This document shows positions 18,667 to 29,188 of a stretch of 64,000 nucleotides of DNA, piece by piece. Each line of letters opens with the position of its first letter. The first letter of the stretch is position 1. Both the position numbers and the translations under genes were made by a program. This DNA comes from Candidatus Omnitrophota bacterium (GTDB lineage: Bacteria; Omnitrophota; Gorgyraeia; Gorgyraeales; Gorgyraeaceae). The notes under the pieces are model-generated. The model was not told the DNA's origin. It did not search any database and worked only from the letters and a program-made list of their open reading frames with translations. The DNA lies in assembly GCA_003485765.1 (NCBI GenBank), contig DNHS01000011.1, positions 9,929 to 73,928 of the forward strand, in the 5' to 3' direction.

Positions 18667-19833
18667 ATGCCTAAAGGAAAATATTACGTTACTTCGGAAT
18701 CAGTTGGAGAGGGTCATCCTGATAAGTTGTGCGATCAGATTTCAGATTCAATACTGGATGAGGTTTTGCGTCAGGATTCAAGGGGCCGCGTTGCGTGCGA
18801 GACATTTGTAACAATGGGCCTTATTATAGTAGGAGGAGAAATCACCACCACTGCTTATGTAGATGTAATAAATACCGCGCGAAGAGTGGTTAAGGAAATA
18901 GGCTACACAGACCCTAAATATGGAATGGATTATAAGACGTGCGCTGTTGTAAATACGATACATGCCCAGTCTCCTGACATTGCGCAGGGCGTTGATAAAG
19001 GCGGCGCGGGCGACCAGGGTTTTATGGTTGGATACGCGTGCGATGAGACCAAAGAACTAATGCCTTTACCGATTATGCTGGCGCATAAACTTGTCAGGAA
19101 AATGGCTGAGTTGAGAAAAAATAAAACGCTGAAATATCTTGGGCCTGATTCTAAAAGCCAGGTAACAGTTGAGTATAAAGATGGCAAGGCAGTCAGGGTA
19201 AACTCAGTGGTTCTGGCGTGCCAGCACACGGAGGAGATACTGGATAAAGGCGGTGAACACATAACAGAAAAGGCAAGAAAAGAGATTATAGAAAAAATAG
19301 CAAAACCTATATTGGGTAAACTAGTTGACGATAAAACAGGATATTATGTAAATCAGACAGGCAAGTTTTTAATAGGCGGGCCGCAGTCTGATACTGGTAT
19401 GACAGGAAGAAAAATAGTAGTGGATACGTACGGCGGAATCGTATCCCATGGAGGCGGGGCTTTTTCAGGCAAGGATCCTACAAAAGTTGACCGCTCAGCT
19501 GCGTATATGGCAAGATATGTTGCAAAAAATGTAGTAGCCGCAGGCCTTGCCAAGAAATGCTGCATTCAGCTTGCGTATGTAATAGGGAAGGCAGAGCCAT
19601 TGGCAGTAATGGTTGAAACCTTTGGGACAGGAAAGATTTCAGAAGAAAAGATTTCAGCGCTTATACGGGAACATTTTGACCTTACACCAAGAGGCATAAT
19701 AACAGAGCTGGATCTTCTTAAGCCTATCTATAGAAAGACAGCTAGCTATGGGCATTTTGGCCGCGAGGAAGAGGGTTTTACATGGGAAGAAACTGACAAG
19801 GTTTGTCTATTAAAAAAGAGCTGCGCGATATGA
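18667..19833 (+). CDS. metK: S-adenosylmethionine synthetase
   Basis: [21 protein letters not shown]-terminus, [19 protein letters not shown] motif, 388 aa. Confidence 0.9.
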   Translation: MPKGKYYVTSESVGEGHPDKLCDQISDSILDEVLRQDSRGRVACETFVTMGLIIVGGEITTTAYVDVINTARRVVKEIGYTDPKYGMDYKTCAVVNTIHAQSPDIAQGVDKGGAGDQGFMVGYACDETKELMPLPIMLAHKLVRKMAELRKNKTLKYLGPDSKSQVTVEYKDGKAVRVNSVVLACQHTEEILDKGGEHITEKARKEIIEKIAKPILGKLVDDKTGYYVNQTGKFLIGGPQSDTGMTGRKIVVDTYGGIVSHGGGAFSGKDPTKVDRSAAYMARYVAKNVVAAGLAKKCCIQLAYVIGKAEPLAVMVETFGTGKISEEKISALIREHFDLTPRGIITELDLLKPIYRKTASYGHFGREEEGFTWEETDKVCLLKKSCAI

Positions 19834-21086
19834 AATATGACATAACCAATATAAAATTAGCTCCTACCGGAAAATTAAGAATAGAATGGGCAGATGAAAA
19901 TATGCCTGTTCTGAAACTTATAAGAGAGAGGTTTTCTAAAGAAAAACCATTAAAGGGGGTAAGGGTAAGCTCGTGCCTTCATGTAACTACAGAGACAGCG
20001 GTTTTAATGAATACCTTGAAATCAGGAGGAGCAGAGGTAAATCTATGCGCTTCTAATCCTCTCAGCACTCAGGACGATGTGGCTGCGTCCCTGGTAAAGG
20101 ATTCTAATATCCCTGTTTTTGCAATAAGAGGAGAGGACAATAAATCCTATTATTCTCATATAGAAAGCTCTCTAGGGCTAAAACCGAACGTAACAATGGA
20201 TGACGGCGCAGACCTTGTGTCCACTATCCATAAATCCAGGCTAGATCTTGTGCCGAATATATTAGGCAGCACAGAGGAAACTACCACCGGGATAATAAGG
20301 TTAAGGAGCTTGGAGCAGAATAAAAAGCTTCTTTTTCCTGTAATTGCTGTAAATGACGCAGACACAAAACATCTTTTTGATAATCGTTATGGCACAGGCC
20401 AGTCAACAGTGGATGGGGTTATAAGGGCTACAAATATTCTAATAGCAGGTAAAATTGTGGTTGTGCTTGGTTACGGTTGGTGCGGCAGGGGATTTGCCAT
20501 GCGCGCAAGAGGTATGGGAGCCAATGTCATAATTACAGAAGTGGACTCTACTAAAGCGCTCGAAGCAGTAATGGACGGTTATTCAGTAATGCCGATGAAG
20601 GAAGCTGCTAAAAAAGGAGATTTATTTGTAAGCCTGACAGGCAATACTACGGTTATTGCAGGAGAACATTTTAAAGTGATGAAAGACGGGGCAATAGTAG
20701 CTAACTCAGGCCATTTTAATGTTGAGATAGAGATACCTGCTCTTGAAAAAATGAGCTCAAAGAAACGAGTTATCCGTAACGGAGTTGAAGAATATCTTTT
20801 GAAAGACGGCAGGCGCATTAATCTTTTAGGAGAGGGCAGGCTTGTGAATCTTGCCTGCGCAGAAGGCCATCCTGCGATAGTAATGGATATGAGCTTTGCA
20901 AACCAGGCGCTTGCTGCTGAATATCTTGTAAAGAGCCATAAAAAGCTTGATAAGAAGGTTTACAGGATGCCTGAAGCAATAGATAAAGAAATAGCCAGGC
21001 TTAAACTCAAGAGCATGGGCATTCAAATAGACATACTTACCGCGTTCCAGAAGAAATATCTTTCCAGCTGGGAATTAGGAACGTAA
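19830..21086 (+). CDS. ahcY: Adenosylhomocysteinase (S-adenosyl-L-homocysteine hydrolase)
   Basis: NAD-binding GYGWCGRG motif and catalytic-domain signatures. ATG at 19830 overlaps the metK TGA by ATGA; the track start at 19803 lies inside metK. Confidence 0.85.
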   Translation: MKYDITNIKLAPTGKLRIEWADENMPVLKLIRERFSKEKPLKGVRVSSCLHVTTETAVLMNTLKSGGAEVNLCASNPLSTQDDVAASLVKDSNIPVFAIRGEDNKSYYSHIESSLGLKPNVTMDDGADLVSTIHKSRLDLVPNILGSTEETTTGIIRLRSLEQNKKLLFPVIAVNDADTKHLFDNRYGTGQSTVDGVIRATNILIAGKIVVVLGYGWCGRGFAMRARGMGANVIITEVDSTKALEAVMDGYSVMPMKEAAKKGDLFVSLTGNTTVIAGEHFKVMKDGAIVANSGHFNVEIEIPALEKMSSKKRVIRNGVEEYLLKDGRRINLLGEGRLVNLACAEGHPAIVMDMSFANQALAAEYLVKSHKKLDKKVYRMPEAIDKEIARLKLKSMGIQIDILTAFQKKYLSSWELGT

Positions 21087-21094
21087 ATAATTCT

Positions 21095-21122
21095 GTAGGG
21101 GACAGGCATGCCTGTCCCCTAC
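21095..21122. terminator. Perfect 28-nt palindrome GTAGGGGACAGGCATGCCTGTCCCCTAC between convergent ahcY (+) and lptF/G-family (-) genes; putative bidirectional terminator.
   Basis: GC-rich 13-bp stem read directly from the sequence, placed between convergent stop codons and flanked by A/T-rich sequence. Confidence 0.6.
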
Positions 21123-22216
21123 TAATTTCTTATCATTATTACCCCGATTAATCCAAATAATATATTTGCCAGGTGAGCTGAGAGGAATGCTGGAAGAGTT
21201 CCGCTTTTACCGAGGGCCATGCAGCTTGCCATAAAGGCATAATATATGAATCCTATCGCGATACTCATACCTATGCCTAATAGAGCAGTGGCTTTGCCTC
21301 TTTGCCTTACCCTCAATGCAAAACCAGCTCCTATTAATATCACCACAAGGTTTATAAAAGGAAGGCTTATTTTTTGATGCAAATCCACGCGGAGCCTTGT
21401 TATCAGCTTGGGAGATGTTTTGGAAAAATTCTTTGTATAATTTAATAGATCGCGAAAACTCATGTATTCATAGTTAGTGCCTTTTGATATAAGGTCTTTA
21501 GGTTTTTCCATATAAATTATCTTTTCCTGAAAAAATTCAGGCGAGCCGATAACTGTTCCTTTATTGTCCAATTTATACGTTAATATATTTGAAAAAACCC
21601 ATTTCCCATCCAGCCATTTCGCTTCATGAGCGCTTATCTTTAATGACACATTGTCTTTTTTGTCTTGCTCCAGTATGGTAATACCCATTGCGGTTTTAGA
21701 GGTTGGATCGAAATTGTCTATGAATATGAGGCGGTTATCTTTGCCGTAAAGCGCGATATTGGATATCATTATTTTGTTAACAGGCTTACTTTTATCAATA
21801 TTTTCTATAGAATTTGCTTTTATAGATTCTGCTTTTCTCATGCTCTGAGGCAGGATTTTTTCAGATATGCTAAACACTAATATTGTTATAGCAAACCCGA
21901 TATATATAAAAGGCATTAGTATTCTATATATGCTTATCCCAGCTGAGCGCATGGCTGTTATCTCTCCGTATTTATTGAGCGCGCCTAGGACATATATGGC
22001 GGAGATTAGGCTTGCCACCGGCGCGGTCTGTATGACAATCAAAGGTATTATTGATAGGTAATATTCCCACAGTATTCCAATGTTAATATTTTGTTTCAGA
22101 ATCTCATCCATGCGCCCAAAAAGATCTATAATAATGTAGAGCACGATGAATACCATAAGGCAATATAAAAAAGGCAGTATAAAATATTTAGTTATGTATT
22201 TATCTAATATTCGCAT
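21122..22216 (-). CDS. LptF/LptG family LPS export permease (YjgP/YjgQ)
   Basis: 364 aa with N-terminal TM helices, a central periplasmic beta-jellyroll region and C-terminal TMs; paired with a paralog upstream. Confidence 0.75.
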   Translation of the reverse strand: MRILDKYITKYFILPFLYCLMVFIVLYIIIDLFGRMDEILKQNINIGILWEYYLSIIPLIVIQTAPVASLISAIYVLGALNKYGEITAMRSAGISIYRILMPFIYIGFAITILVFSISEKILPQSMRKAESIKANSIENIDKSKPVNKIMISNIALYGKDNRLIFIDNFDPTSKTAMGITILEQDKKDNVSLKISAHEAKWLDGKWVFSNILTYKLDNKGTVIGSPEFFQEKIIYMEKPKDLISKGTNYEYMSFRDLLNYTKNFSKTSPKLITRLRVDLHQKISLPFINLVVILIGAGFALRVRQRGKATALLGIGMSIAIGFIYYAFMASCMALGKSGTLPAFLSAHLANILFGLIGVIMIRN

Positions 22217-22226
22217 ATATTAACCT

Positions 22227-22269
22227 AAACAACTTTACATTTTGACAATGTCAATTTGTAAAGTTGTTT
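22227..22269. repeat. Palindromic intergenic element, copy 2 (arms AAACAACTTTACA / TGTAAAGTTGTTT, core TTGACAATGTCAA).
   Basis: Near-identical to copy 1 at 1739-1781. Lies between the two lptF/G-family genes. Confidence 0.8.
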
Positions 22270-22271
22270 GT

Positions 22272-23369
22272 TCAAGATTCTATGGTTTTGCGTAGCAGTA
22301 CTATACCTACAGCTCCGATTATTATATTCGGCATGTACATCCAGAAGCCCGGGTTCCAAATGCCTTTTAAAGATAAAGCTATGCTCGCAGCCATTAATAT
22401 ATAATATACCACAATTACCCCTAGAGCTATGGCAAACTGTATGGTTTTTTCTCCGCGCCTGGTGAATATGCCGAGAGGTATGCCTATAATTATAAATACT
22501 ATACTCGCAAAGGATATTGAAATCTTCCTATGGAATTCCGTGATAAGCGATGGGGTGTCTACATGGTACTTGCCAAGACGATCGATCTCGTTTTTTATTT
22601 CCTGAAAATTCATTTCCTTGGATTTTTTATCTGTATAACCGCTAGGCGCCATTGATTCGTCTATGTTTAGAGTAAGGTAATACGTTTTGAAGTTCAGTTT
22701 ATAGAAATTTATCGGATTTTTAGGATTTGGCTCGTCGCTTGTGCCATTGATAAGCTTTAACTTGATCGCATTCTGATTATCAAGCGTTATGAATTCTCCT
22801 CTTTCAGCTATTATAGTTCTCGTGGAATGTTCATCCTGCGGCTGATAAATGCGGACGCCTTTGAGTTTATTTTTATCTATTCCATGTATGAATATTATAT
22901 AGCCCTTGAAACTTTTTATAAATACGCCTGGCTCAAGATATGCGGCTGGAGTTTTTATGCCTATATTTTTTATAATTTTTCTGGATTCAAAATGCATCCT
23001 GGGTATTAGATCGTTATTTAATACTATTGAAAGAAGGCTGAATAAAAGGCCTATTACAAGCAGGGGAAAGCTTAACCTGTAGATATTTATGCCGCTTGAG
23101 CGGATAGCTACGATTTCATTATCTCCTGAAAGCCTGCCGAATACAAGCAGCGCAGAGGCCAATATAGACATGGGTATGGTGTAGCTCAATAAAAACGGTA
23201 TTAGATAAAGAAAAAGTTTACCCACGAGCCTTATATCCACACCTTTATTTATTACGAGCTCTGCGAGCTTTATAATATTTCCCACCACAAGAGTAAATGT
23301 GAATATGATGAGGGAAAATACAAACATAACAATAATTTCTTTTATTATATAATTACGCAGTATTTTCAT
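22272..23369 (-). CDS. LptF/LptG family LPS export permease (YjgP/YjgQ), paralog
   Basis: 365 aa with the same architecture as the downstream paralog. Confidence 0.75.
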   Translation of the reverse strand: MKILRNYIIKEIIVMFVFSLIIFTFTLVVGNIIKLAELVINKGVDIRLVGKLFLYLIPFLLSYTIPMSILASALLVFGRLSGDNEIVAIRSSGINIYRLSFPLLVIGLLFSLLSIVLNNDLIPRMHFESRKIIKNIGIKTPAAYLEPGVFIKSFKGYIIFIHGIDKNKLKGVRIYQPQDEHSTRTIIAERGEFITLDNQNAIKLKLINGTSDEPNPKNPINFYKLNFKTYYLTLNIDESMAPSGYTDKKSKEMNFQEIKNEIDRLGKYHVDTPSLITEFHRKISISFASIVFIIIGIPLGIFTRRGEKTIQFAIALGVIVVYYILMAASIALSLKGIWNPGFWMYMPNIIIGAVGIVLLRKTIES

Positions 23370-24082
23370 GCGCTATCTCCCCTCGCCAGGGTTATAACCT
23401 CTACGTGTCTTGCGCCTGCATCCTTGAGGACTCTTGAGCATTCGTTTACAGTAGAGCCTGTTGTAAAGAGGTCATCTACCAGCATTATATTTTTATTGCG
23501 GACAATTAAACTGTCTTTTAAAAAGAAGCTCGAGTATAAGTTTTTTATTCTAGCTTCTCTTTTAAGTTTGCTTTGAAGCGGTGTATCTTTTGTTTTCTTT
23601 AAAGTGTTTCTGGAATAAGAAATACCAAGTTTTTTTCCTAAAGCTCTGGCCAGGATATCGGCGTGATTAATTTCTCTTCTGAATAATCTATCAGGATGCA
23701 TTGGTATGGGTAGAATCATCTGAGCGTCTTTTCCGATATTATATTTTTTCATGAAACTAATAATTAAAGTTGTGAAATCTGTTGAAAGAGAGGTTATTTT
23801 TTTATATTTGAAATCATGAATCAAGTCTTTTAGCAGCCCGTCGTAACAGCAGGCTGACCAGGCCCTGTCAAAATATAGCTTATATTTTTTACAGTCTGGA
23901 CATGTGGCTATTAATTCAGAACTTCCTTTAAGCTGCCTGCCGCATTTTACGCAGAAAGGAGGGAGTCTTTCTTTTATCTTCTTAGCGCAATCATCGCAGA
24001 TGTTGCGGTCAAATTCATTTATCTTTTTAGAGCAGGCCCTGCACAGGGCAGGATAGAATAGATTTATTATTGCCCCTAACAT
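23366..24082 (-). CDS. ComF family protein (double zinc-ribbon plus phosphoribosyltransferase domain)
   Basis: N-terminal CxxC...CxxC pairs and a C-terminal PRTase motif VMLVDDLFTTGST. Confidence 0.7.
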   Translation of the reverse strand: MLGAIINLFYPALCRACSKKINEFDRNICDDCAKKIKERLPPFCVKCGRQLKGSSELIATCPDCKKYKLYFDRAWSACCYDGLLKDLIHDFKYKKITSLSTDFTTLIISFMKKYNIGKDAQMILPIPMHPDRLFRREINHADILARALGKKLGISYSRNTLKKTKDTPLQSKLKREARIKNLYSSFFLKDSLIVRNKNIMLVDDLFTTGSTVNECSRVLKDAGARHVEVITLARGDSA

Positions 24083-24177
24083 ATGATAAATATAACATAA
24101 TGAACGAATAAAATCAACCTACAGTTAATCGTCCTCCTCGCGCAATGTTACAAATTTCTTAACATTGTTGCATTTTT

Positions 24178-24927
24178 ATGCTATATTGTCCAGATATGGA
24201 AGATAATAATATTGATAATATAGAGCAAAAGATAAAGAATCTTGAAGAATGGAACAATGAGCGCGCAAATATCAAGCCTATTCTAGAAACGGCTGTTGAC
24301 TGCCATAATAGGGCGCGGCGTGAATCGTATTGGAAGAACTACGAAAAGGCATCGGAGTTTTTCAAACAGGCTATTGAAAACTATAAAAGCGCGCTAAAAC
24401 TCAATCCAAAATATTATCTTCAGGATATTATCGAAAGGGTGGATTCTGTTATAGGGGAGTATATGAATAATATTTTCAACCTCAAAATTTCTGGCGATAG
24501 GTTGAAGACCGAACAAGGCGTAATAGAATATATGGAATTTATAGAAAACCTTAACTCTGAAGAAAAAAAATACATAGACCAGTATGAGATAGCCCTAAGC
24601 TATTTTAAGATAGGAGCTATATATTTTGAGGATGGTAATTTTGACAGGGCATATGAATTTTTTAACAAAACGGCAAGCCTAGAGTGCAACAGGCCTTTTC
24701 TAAATAGAGACACTTATTTTAAGATAGGGCAAATACTTTTTAATAAAAAAAGATTCAAAGAAGCCCTTGTGAATTTTATCTCCGTGCTTTCTTTTGACAG
24801 GGACAATATAAATGCAGTTAACCATCTTGATAAATGCTTAAAGGAATTAAAAATATCCGAACACAGGTTTAAATTCTTGTCTGCAACGCCTAATGAGGCA
24901 AAGAAACTTATAATGGAGGTGTTATGA
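24178..24927 (+). CDS. Tetratricopeptide-repeat-like hypothetical protein
   Basis: Helical repeats with TPR-like W/Y/F periodicity. Confidence 0.4.
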   Translation: MLYCPDMEDNNIDNIEQKIKNLEEWNNERANIKPILETAVDCHNRARRESYWKNYEKASEFFKQAIENYKSALKLNPKYYLQDIIERVDSVIGEYMNNIFNLKISGDRLKTEQGVIEYMEFIENLNSEEKKYIDQYEIALSYFKIGAIYFEDGNFDRAYEFFNKTASLECNRPFLNRDTYFKIGQILFNKKRFKEALVNFISVLSFDRDNINAVNHLDKCLKELKISEHRFKFLSATPNEAKKLIMEVL

Positions 24928-25307
24928 TAAACGATATCTTCAAGGAAAAAAGAAAGTATCCCAGAGTTGAATTAAAGCTGAGCGCCAAGTATAAAGTGCT
25001 TGATTACGAACAGGTATTTCAGTTTACGAGGACGGAGAATATTTCTGCGGAAGGCGCGTCCTTTGAGTCCAGGGAACTCTTAAAGCCGGGGGTTTATGTG
25101 CAGCTTGAAGTAGATCTTGAAGATGCACTTCCGCCTATATCCATGGTGGCTGAGATAAGATGGATAGGAGATATAAAATCTGATAGAGATAAGAAATATA
25201 TCAATGGCGTCAAGATTATAAGCATGCCTGTGAAAGATGAAGCCAGATTTTTAAGATATTACTGCGACAAAATAGTTGAGAAGTTATCAGCTTATCTTAG
25301 AAAATAG
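24924..25307 (+). CDS. PilZ domain protein
   Basis: RxxxR (RKYPRVE) and D/NxSxxG (ENISAEGAS) c-di-GMP-binding motifs. Confidence 0.6.
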   Translation: MINDIFKEKRKYPRVELKLSAKYKVLDYEQVFQFTRTENISAEGASFESRELLKPGVYVQLEVDLEDALPPISMVAEIRWIGDIKSDRDKKYINGVKIISMPVKDEARFLRYYCDKIVEKLSAYLRK

Positions 25308-25329
25308 TATAAACGAAAGGGGGATTAGT

Positions 25330-25716
25330 ATGGTAATGCGTTTAATTATGATTTTTGTGTTACTGACGGGTTTGACCGGCTGCCTCAAAAAGGCTGTAGA
25401 TGAAAATGCGTCCATGGAGTCTGCTGTTACAGAAGAGGCGGTGGTAGATGTTGCTCAAGAGCCGCAGGCTAGCCAAGGGAAAAGCGTTTCTGTGGAACCT
25501 GCTGTTAGTCAGGCGGCAACGGTTGAAAAACCAAGTGTCCAGGATATACAGCAGGCTTTGAAAAATGCCGATCTTTATGAAGGCAAGATAGATGGCATCC
25601 TTGGCCCAAATACCAGAAAGGCTATAGAAGCTTTCCAGTCTCAGAATGGTTTAAAAGTAGATGCTAAGGCCGGCCCAAAGACATGGCAGAAACTAAAAGA
25701 ATATCTTGTTAAATGA
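25330..25716 (+). CDS. Lipoprotein with a C-terminal peptidoglycan-binding (PG_binding_1) domain
   Basis: Strong SD AAGGGGGA before the ATG at 25330, lipobox LTGC, and the PG-binding motif LYEGKIDGILGPNTRKAIEAFQSQNGL. Confidence 0.55.
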   Translation: MVMRLIMIFVLLTGLTGCLKKAVDENASMESAVTEEAVVDVAQEPQASQGKSVSVEPAVSQAATVEKPSVQDIQQALKNADLYEGKIDGILGPNTRKAIEAFQSQNGLKVDAKAGPKTWQKLKEYLVK

Positions 25717-26369
25717 ACCCAGATAATCAAAAGAGATATGATATAATTTATGAAGATGAGCATATTTTTATAATCAATAAACCTTCCGGGATATTAGTGG
25801 TGCCTACCCCAAAAGGAGAAACAAATACCCTTACGGATCTTTTGAATCAGGAGTTGGATAGGCGTGGCGCTTTGGCCAACGCCTATCCATGCCACAGGAT
25901 TGACAGGGAGACATCAGGCCTTATAATTTACGCAAAAGGCAAATCTATCCAAGATGCCATGATGGAGCAGTTTAAAAAACATCTTGTAAAAAAGACGTAT
26001 ATCGCTTTTGTTCACGGCGCTGTGCGGAAAAACTCTGACACCTTACAAGGCAATGTTTACAATAAAAAGAAAAGAAAACGAGAGTTCATGATCACGAAAT
26101 TCAAAGTCCTTGAAAGAAGAAAGGATTTTACGATAGTCGAGGTGAAGCCTGTTACCGGAAGGACAAATCAGATCAGGATACATTTTAAAGGACTTGGCCA
26201 TCCCTTGGTTGGAGAGAGCGTATATGCCTTCAGGAAGGATTTTAAACTGAGATTTAAAAGGGTTGCGCTTCACGCAAAGGCATTAGAATTCAATCATCCT
26301 GTAACAGGAAAAAGAATGAATTTTAATTTGCCGTTGCCGGATGATATGGTAAACTTTATACAAAAATGA
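25713..26369 (+). CDS. RluA family pseudouridine synthase
   Basis: Catalytic motif HRIDRETSGLIIYAK. Confidence 0.8.
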   Translation: MNPDNQKRYDIIYEDEHIFIINKPSGILVVPTPKGETNTLTDLLNQELDRRGALANAYPCHRIDRETSGLIIYAKGKSIQDAMMEQFKKHLVKKTYIAFVHGAVRKNSDTLQGNVYNKKKRKREFMITKFKVLERRKDFTIVEVKPVTGRTNQIRIHFKGLGHPLVGESVYAFRKDFKLRFKRVALHAKALEFNHPVTGKRMNFNLPLPDDMVNFIQK

Positions 26370-27379
26370 AAATAACCATAGAGCTTTTATTGCTGGTAAT
26401 TTTACTTTTGATAGGCGCTTTGACAGCTGCGTCAGAGACGTCTATTATTGCGGCTAGTATTATAAAATTGAGGCGGCTTGCAGCTGACGGGTCAAAGAGC
26501 GCCAGGATGATATTAAAGATTCTAGAAGCCCCGGAAAGATTTTTCGGGACAATAGTTGTTGCCAATAATATAGTAAACTCATTCATAGCTTCTATTATTA
26601 CGGTTATAGTGATTTCTTTTATCGGCGAAAACTCCAAAAGCATACTCCTGGCGACTTTGATAGCGTCTTTTCTTATAATAGTCTTAGAGGTGGCTGCTAA
26701 GACGCTTTCAGCAGGAAATCCTATAAGGATATCGCTGGCTCTTGTGAGAATGGTAAAGGTTCTGGTATTTATACTATCTCCTGCGGTCAAGGGCCTTTCA
26801 GTGATTACAAATTTTATAGTAAATCTTCTTGGTGGAAAGACAAAAGGCAAACCCTCTCTTGTAGTGGAGGACGAGATAAAAGCGCTCATCAGGATAGGTG
26901 AGGAGGAAAGCCCCCGCCATAAAGATAAATACAAAATGCTTTCTAAGGTATTCGAATTCAGCAATACTGTCGTCAGGACTGTAATGATACCAAAAGATAG
27001 AATGATTTTGATCGATATAGGTTCAAATATAGGAGATATACTGGATAAGGTCCTTGAGTCAGGCCATTCCAGGCTGCCTGTCTATAAAGATAATCCGGAC
27101 AATATAATCGGAGTTATAAACATGAAAGATTTATTGAATCTTTCCGTCAATAGAGACCTTGTGATCTTGCAGGATATAATATATCCGCCTATATTTGTGC
27201 CTGATTCCAAGAATGTGGCAGAGCTACTAAAGGAATTCCAGAAAGGCCACACCCACCTGGCTATTATAATTGATTCGTACGGCAAGATTCAGGGACTGGT
27301 GACTATGGAGGATCTGCTTGAGGAAATAGTGGGCGAGATCGAGGATGAGCACGATATCAGGAAAAAAGTAAGGAAATGA
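26366..27379 (+). CDS. CNNM/CorC-HlyC family membrane protein (DUF21 TM domain plus CBS pair)
   Basis: Four N-terminal TM helices followed by two CBS motifs. Confidence 0.7.
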   Translation: MKITIELLLLVILLLIGALTAASETSIIAASIIKLRRLAADGSKSARMILKILEAPERFFGTIVVANNIVNSFIASIITVIVISFIGENSKSILLATLIASFLIIVLEVAAKTLSAGNPIRISLALVRMVKVLVFILSPAVKGLSVITNFIVNLLGGKTKGKPSLVVEDEIKALIRIGEEESPRHKDKYKMLSKVFEFSNTVVRTVMIPKDRMILIDIGSNIGDILDKVLESGHSRLPVYKDNPDNIIGVINMKDLLNLSVNRDLVILQDIIYPPIFVPDSKNVAELLKEFQKGHTHLAIIIDSYGKIQGLVTMEDLLEEIVGEIEDEHDIRKKVRK

Positions 27380-27472
27380 AGCCCGCATGGGCTTAAGTTC
27401 AGTATTCCTTGGGCGGAATACTGAGCGGCCAATCGCTATTTCGTACCCTGAAGGTCGCGGTTTTGTGGCCGC
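27379..27472 (+). other. Structured intergenic leader with three consecutive hairpins (AAGCCC-GCAT-GGGCTT; TCAGTATTCC-TTGGGC-GGAATACTGA; GCGGCCA...TGGCCGC).
   Basis: Inverted repeats read directly from the sequence, between the CNNM-family stop and the next start codon. Confidence 0.35.
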
Positions 27473-27482
27473 GAATGTATAA

Positions 27483-28670
27483 ATGCAAAAATTTGATATT
27501 GCTATTCTAGGAGGCGGAGCGGCAGGTATAATTGCGGCTATTAGTGCCGGCCGAAAAGGTAAAAAAGTAGTTATTTGCGAAAAGATGCCGCAGCTAGGAA
27601 AAAAGATTCTTATTTCAGGAGCTGGAAGATGTAATATTTCCAACCATGATCTAAGCGAGGCGCATTATAATCCTGAAGCAAGGGGAATTGTAAAAAGCGT
27701 ATTTTCCAGGTTCGGCAGAGAAAGAATAGAAAAATTTTTTAATGAACTCGGGTTAAAGCTCTATTCTGATGGAAAAAGAATCTTTCCTGTCACAAATCAA
27801 GCTGCGAGCGTCTTAAAAGTTTTAGAAGAAGAGCTTAAAAATCTAAAGATATCTATAGAATTTGATTTTGAAGTGAATCATATTGCTGGCTCAGCCAATG
27901 GATTTATAGTGAAATCTAAAAGCGGCAAAACCATCTCATGCGATTCTATTGTAATAACTGGAGGCGGAAAAACCTATCCGAGCCTTGGTTCTGATGGAAG
28001 CTGTTACGGTTTAGCCAAAGCGTTTGGCCATAAAATAATAGAACCTGTCCCAAGCGCTGTGCCGCTTTTAGCAAAAGACAGATTTTGCCATTTGCTTCAA
28101 GGCCAGAAAATACAATGCATTGCAAAAAGCATAATAGATGGTAAGATACAAAAAGAAATAGAAGGGGAATTACTTTTTACAAAATATGGGTTATCAGGCA
28201 CTGCTATACTGGATATAAGCGAGGATATTTCAATAGCGATAAATAGGCTTGGAAAGATTGGCGTGCAGGTTTCGATTGATATGGCGCCTTTTATTGATAA
28301 ACCCAGCCTTAAGAAAGAGATTGAAACGAGAATTTCCAGGCATTTTGCAATTGAAAATCTAATGATAGGCATTCTGCCTAATAAATTCAGCCTTGTTTTC
28401 AGGGATTTATTCAAAGGCGCAAGCGTTGAAAAAATAGTAGATATGTTAAAAGACAAAAGATTTGATATAATAGGCGCAAAAGGCTGGAACGAGGCGGAGT
28501 TTACAGCAGGCGGCTTGGATATTAAAGATATAAAAGAAGGCACCTTGGAATCAAAATTAAAAAAGAGAGTTTATTTTGCAGGAGAAATCCTGAATGTAAA
28601 TGGCGAACGAGGCGGGTACAATCTTGCCTGGGCATGGGCATCAGGCTTTGTAGCCGGACTAACAGAATAA
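27483..28670 (+). CDS. HI0933-family NAD(P)/FAD-dependent flavoprotein (aminoacetone-oxidase-like)
   Basis: N-terminal FDIAILGGGAAGIIAAISA dinucleotide-binding motif and C-terminal YFAGEILNVNGERGGYNLAWAWASG, typical of the family. Confidence 0.7.
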   Translation: MQKFDIAILGGGAAGIIAAISAGRKGKKVVICEKMPQLGKKILISGAGRCNISNHDLSEAHYNPEARGIVKSVFSRFGRERIEKFFNELGLKLYSDGKRIFPVTNQAASVLKVLEEELKNLKISIEFDFEVNHIAGSANGFIVKSKSGKTISCDSIVITGGGKTYPSLGSDGSCYGLAKAFGHKIIEPVPSAVPLLAKDRFCHLLQGQKIQCIAKSIIDGKIQKEIEGELLFTKYGLSGTAILDISEDISIAINRLGKIGVQVSIDMAPFIDKPSLKKEIETRISRHFAIENLMIGILPNKFSLVFRDLFKGASVEKIVDMLKDKRFDIIGAKGWNEAEFTAGGLDIKDIKEGTLESKLKKRVYFAGEILNVNGERGGYNLAWAWASGFVAGLTE

Positions 28671-28686
28671 AAAAAGGGGGTAGCGT

Positions 28687-28920
28687 ATGCCGTACGATGC
28701 AAGTCTTGATAAGGAAGTATTTGCTAAATCTAATGAAAATGATGATGGGAAAATCACAGTGAGTGTCCATTCTTACAATAATGGCCCTAAGAAATTGCAG
28801 ATAGTAAGGGAAAATAGAGACCAGGAAGGCGGCTTTAGATTTGCAAAGCTCGGGAGAATGACCAAGGATGAAGCCCAAGCAATCCTGCCTTTTATCCAGG
28901 AAGCCCTGTCCAGTATGTAA
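28687..28920 (+). CDS. Small 77-aa protein, possibly PC4/YdbC-like ssDNA-binding fold
   Basis: The pattern ...SYNNGPKKLQI.REN....GFRFAKLGRMTKDEAQAI resembles YdbC-family proteins. This is a weak assignment by eye. Confidence 0.3.
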   Translation: MPYDASLDKEVFAKSNENDDGKITVSVHSYNNGPKKLQIVRENRDQEGGFRFAKLGRMTKDEAQAILPFIQEALSSM

Positions 28921-29085
28921 TGCAGACAATATAAAAGTTTTCATTCAGAGTTTTGGATGTCAGATGGCTGCGCTATAGGGGGACTATGGAGAAGATAGCG
29001 CAAACGCTAATTAAGCTGGAGTAAGGCAGGAAAAGCGGATTTGAGTGATAAATTGGTATGAAGATGTCAGGTGCATACATTTTTC

Positions 29086-29170
29086 TTGACTCCGGTTTGG
29101 TTCATGGTAAAATGTCCACTAATAGGAAATGTCCACTATTAAGTGGACATTTATAGGAAATGGACATTTA
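29086..29170 (+). promoter_or_regulatory. Promoter with extended -10 (TTGACT, 16 bp spacer, TGgTAAAAT) overlapped by four copies of an AAATGTCCACT / AGTGGACATTT half-site; putative autoregulatory operator.
   Basis: -35 at 29086-29091 and -10 at 29108-29113. Half-sites are at 29110-29120 and 29127-29137 (direct), 29142-29152 (inverted), and a degenerate copy at 29157-29168. Confidence 0.55.
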
Positions 29171-29188
29171 GAAGAGGGAGTAACTACA

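Noticed and set aside
21665-23009. Plus-strand ORFs of 60-71 aa (21665-21880, 21867-22061, 22268-22465, 22827-23009)
   Set aside because: They are antisense to the two LptF/LptG-family permease genes, which have clear membrane-protein translations. No independent support was found.
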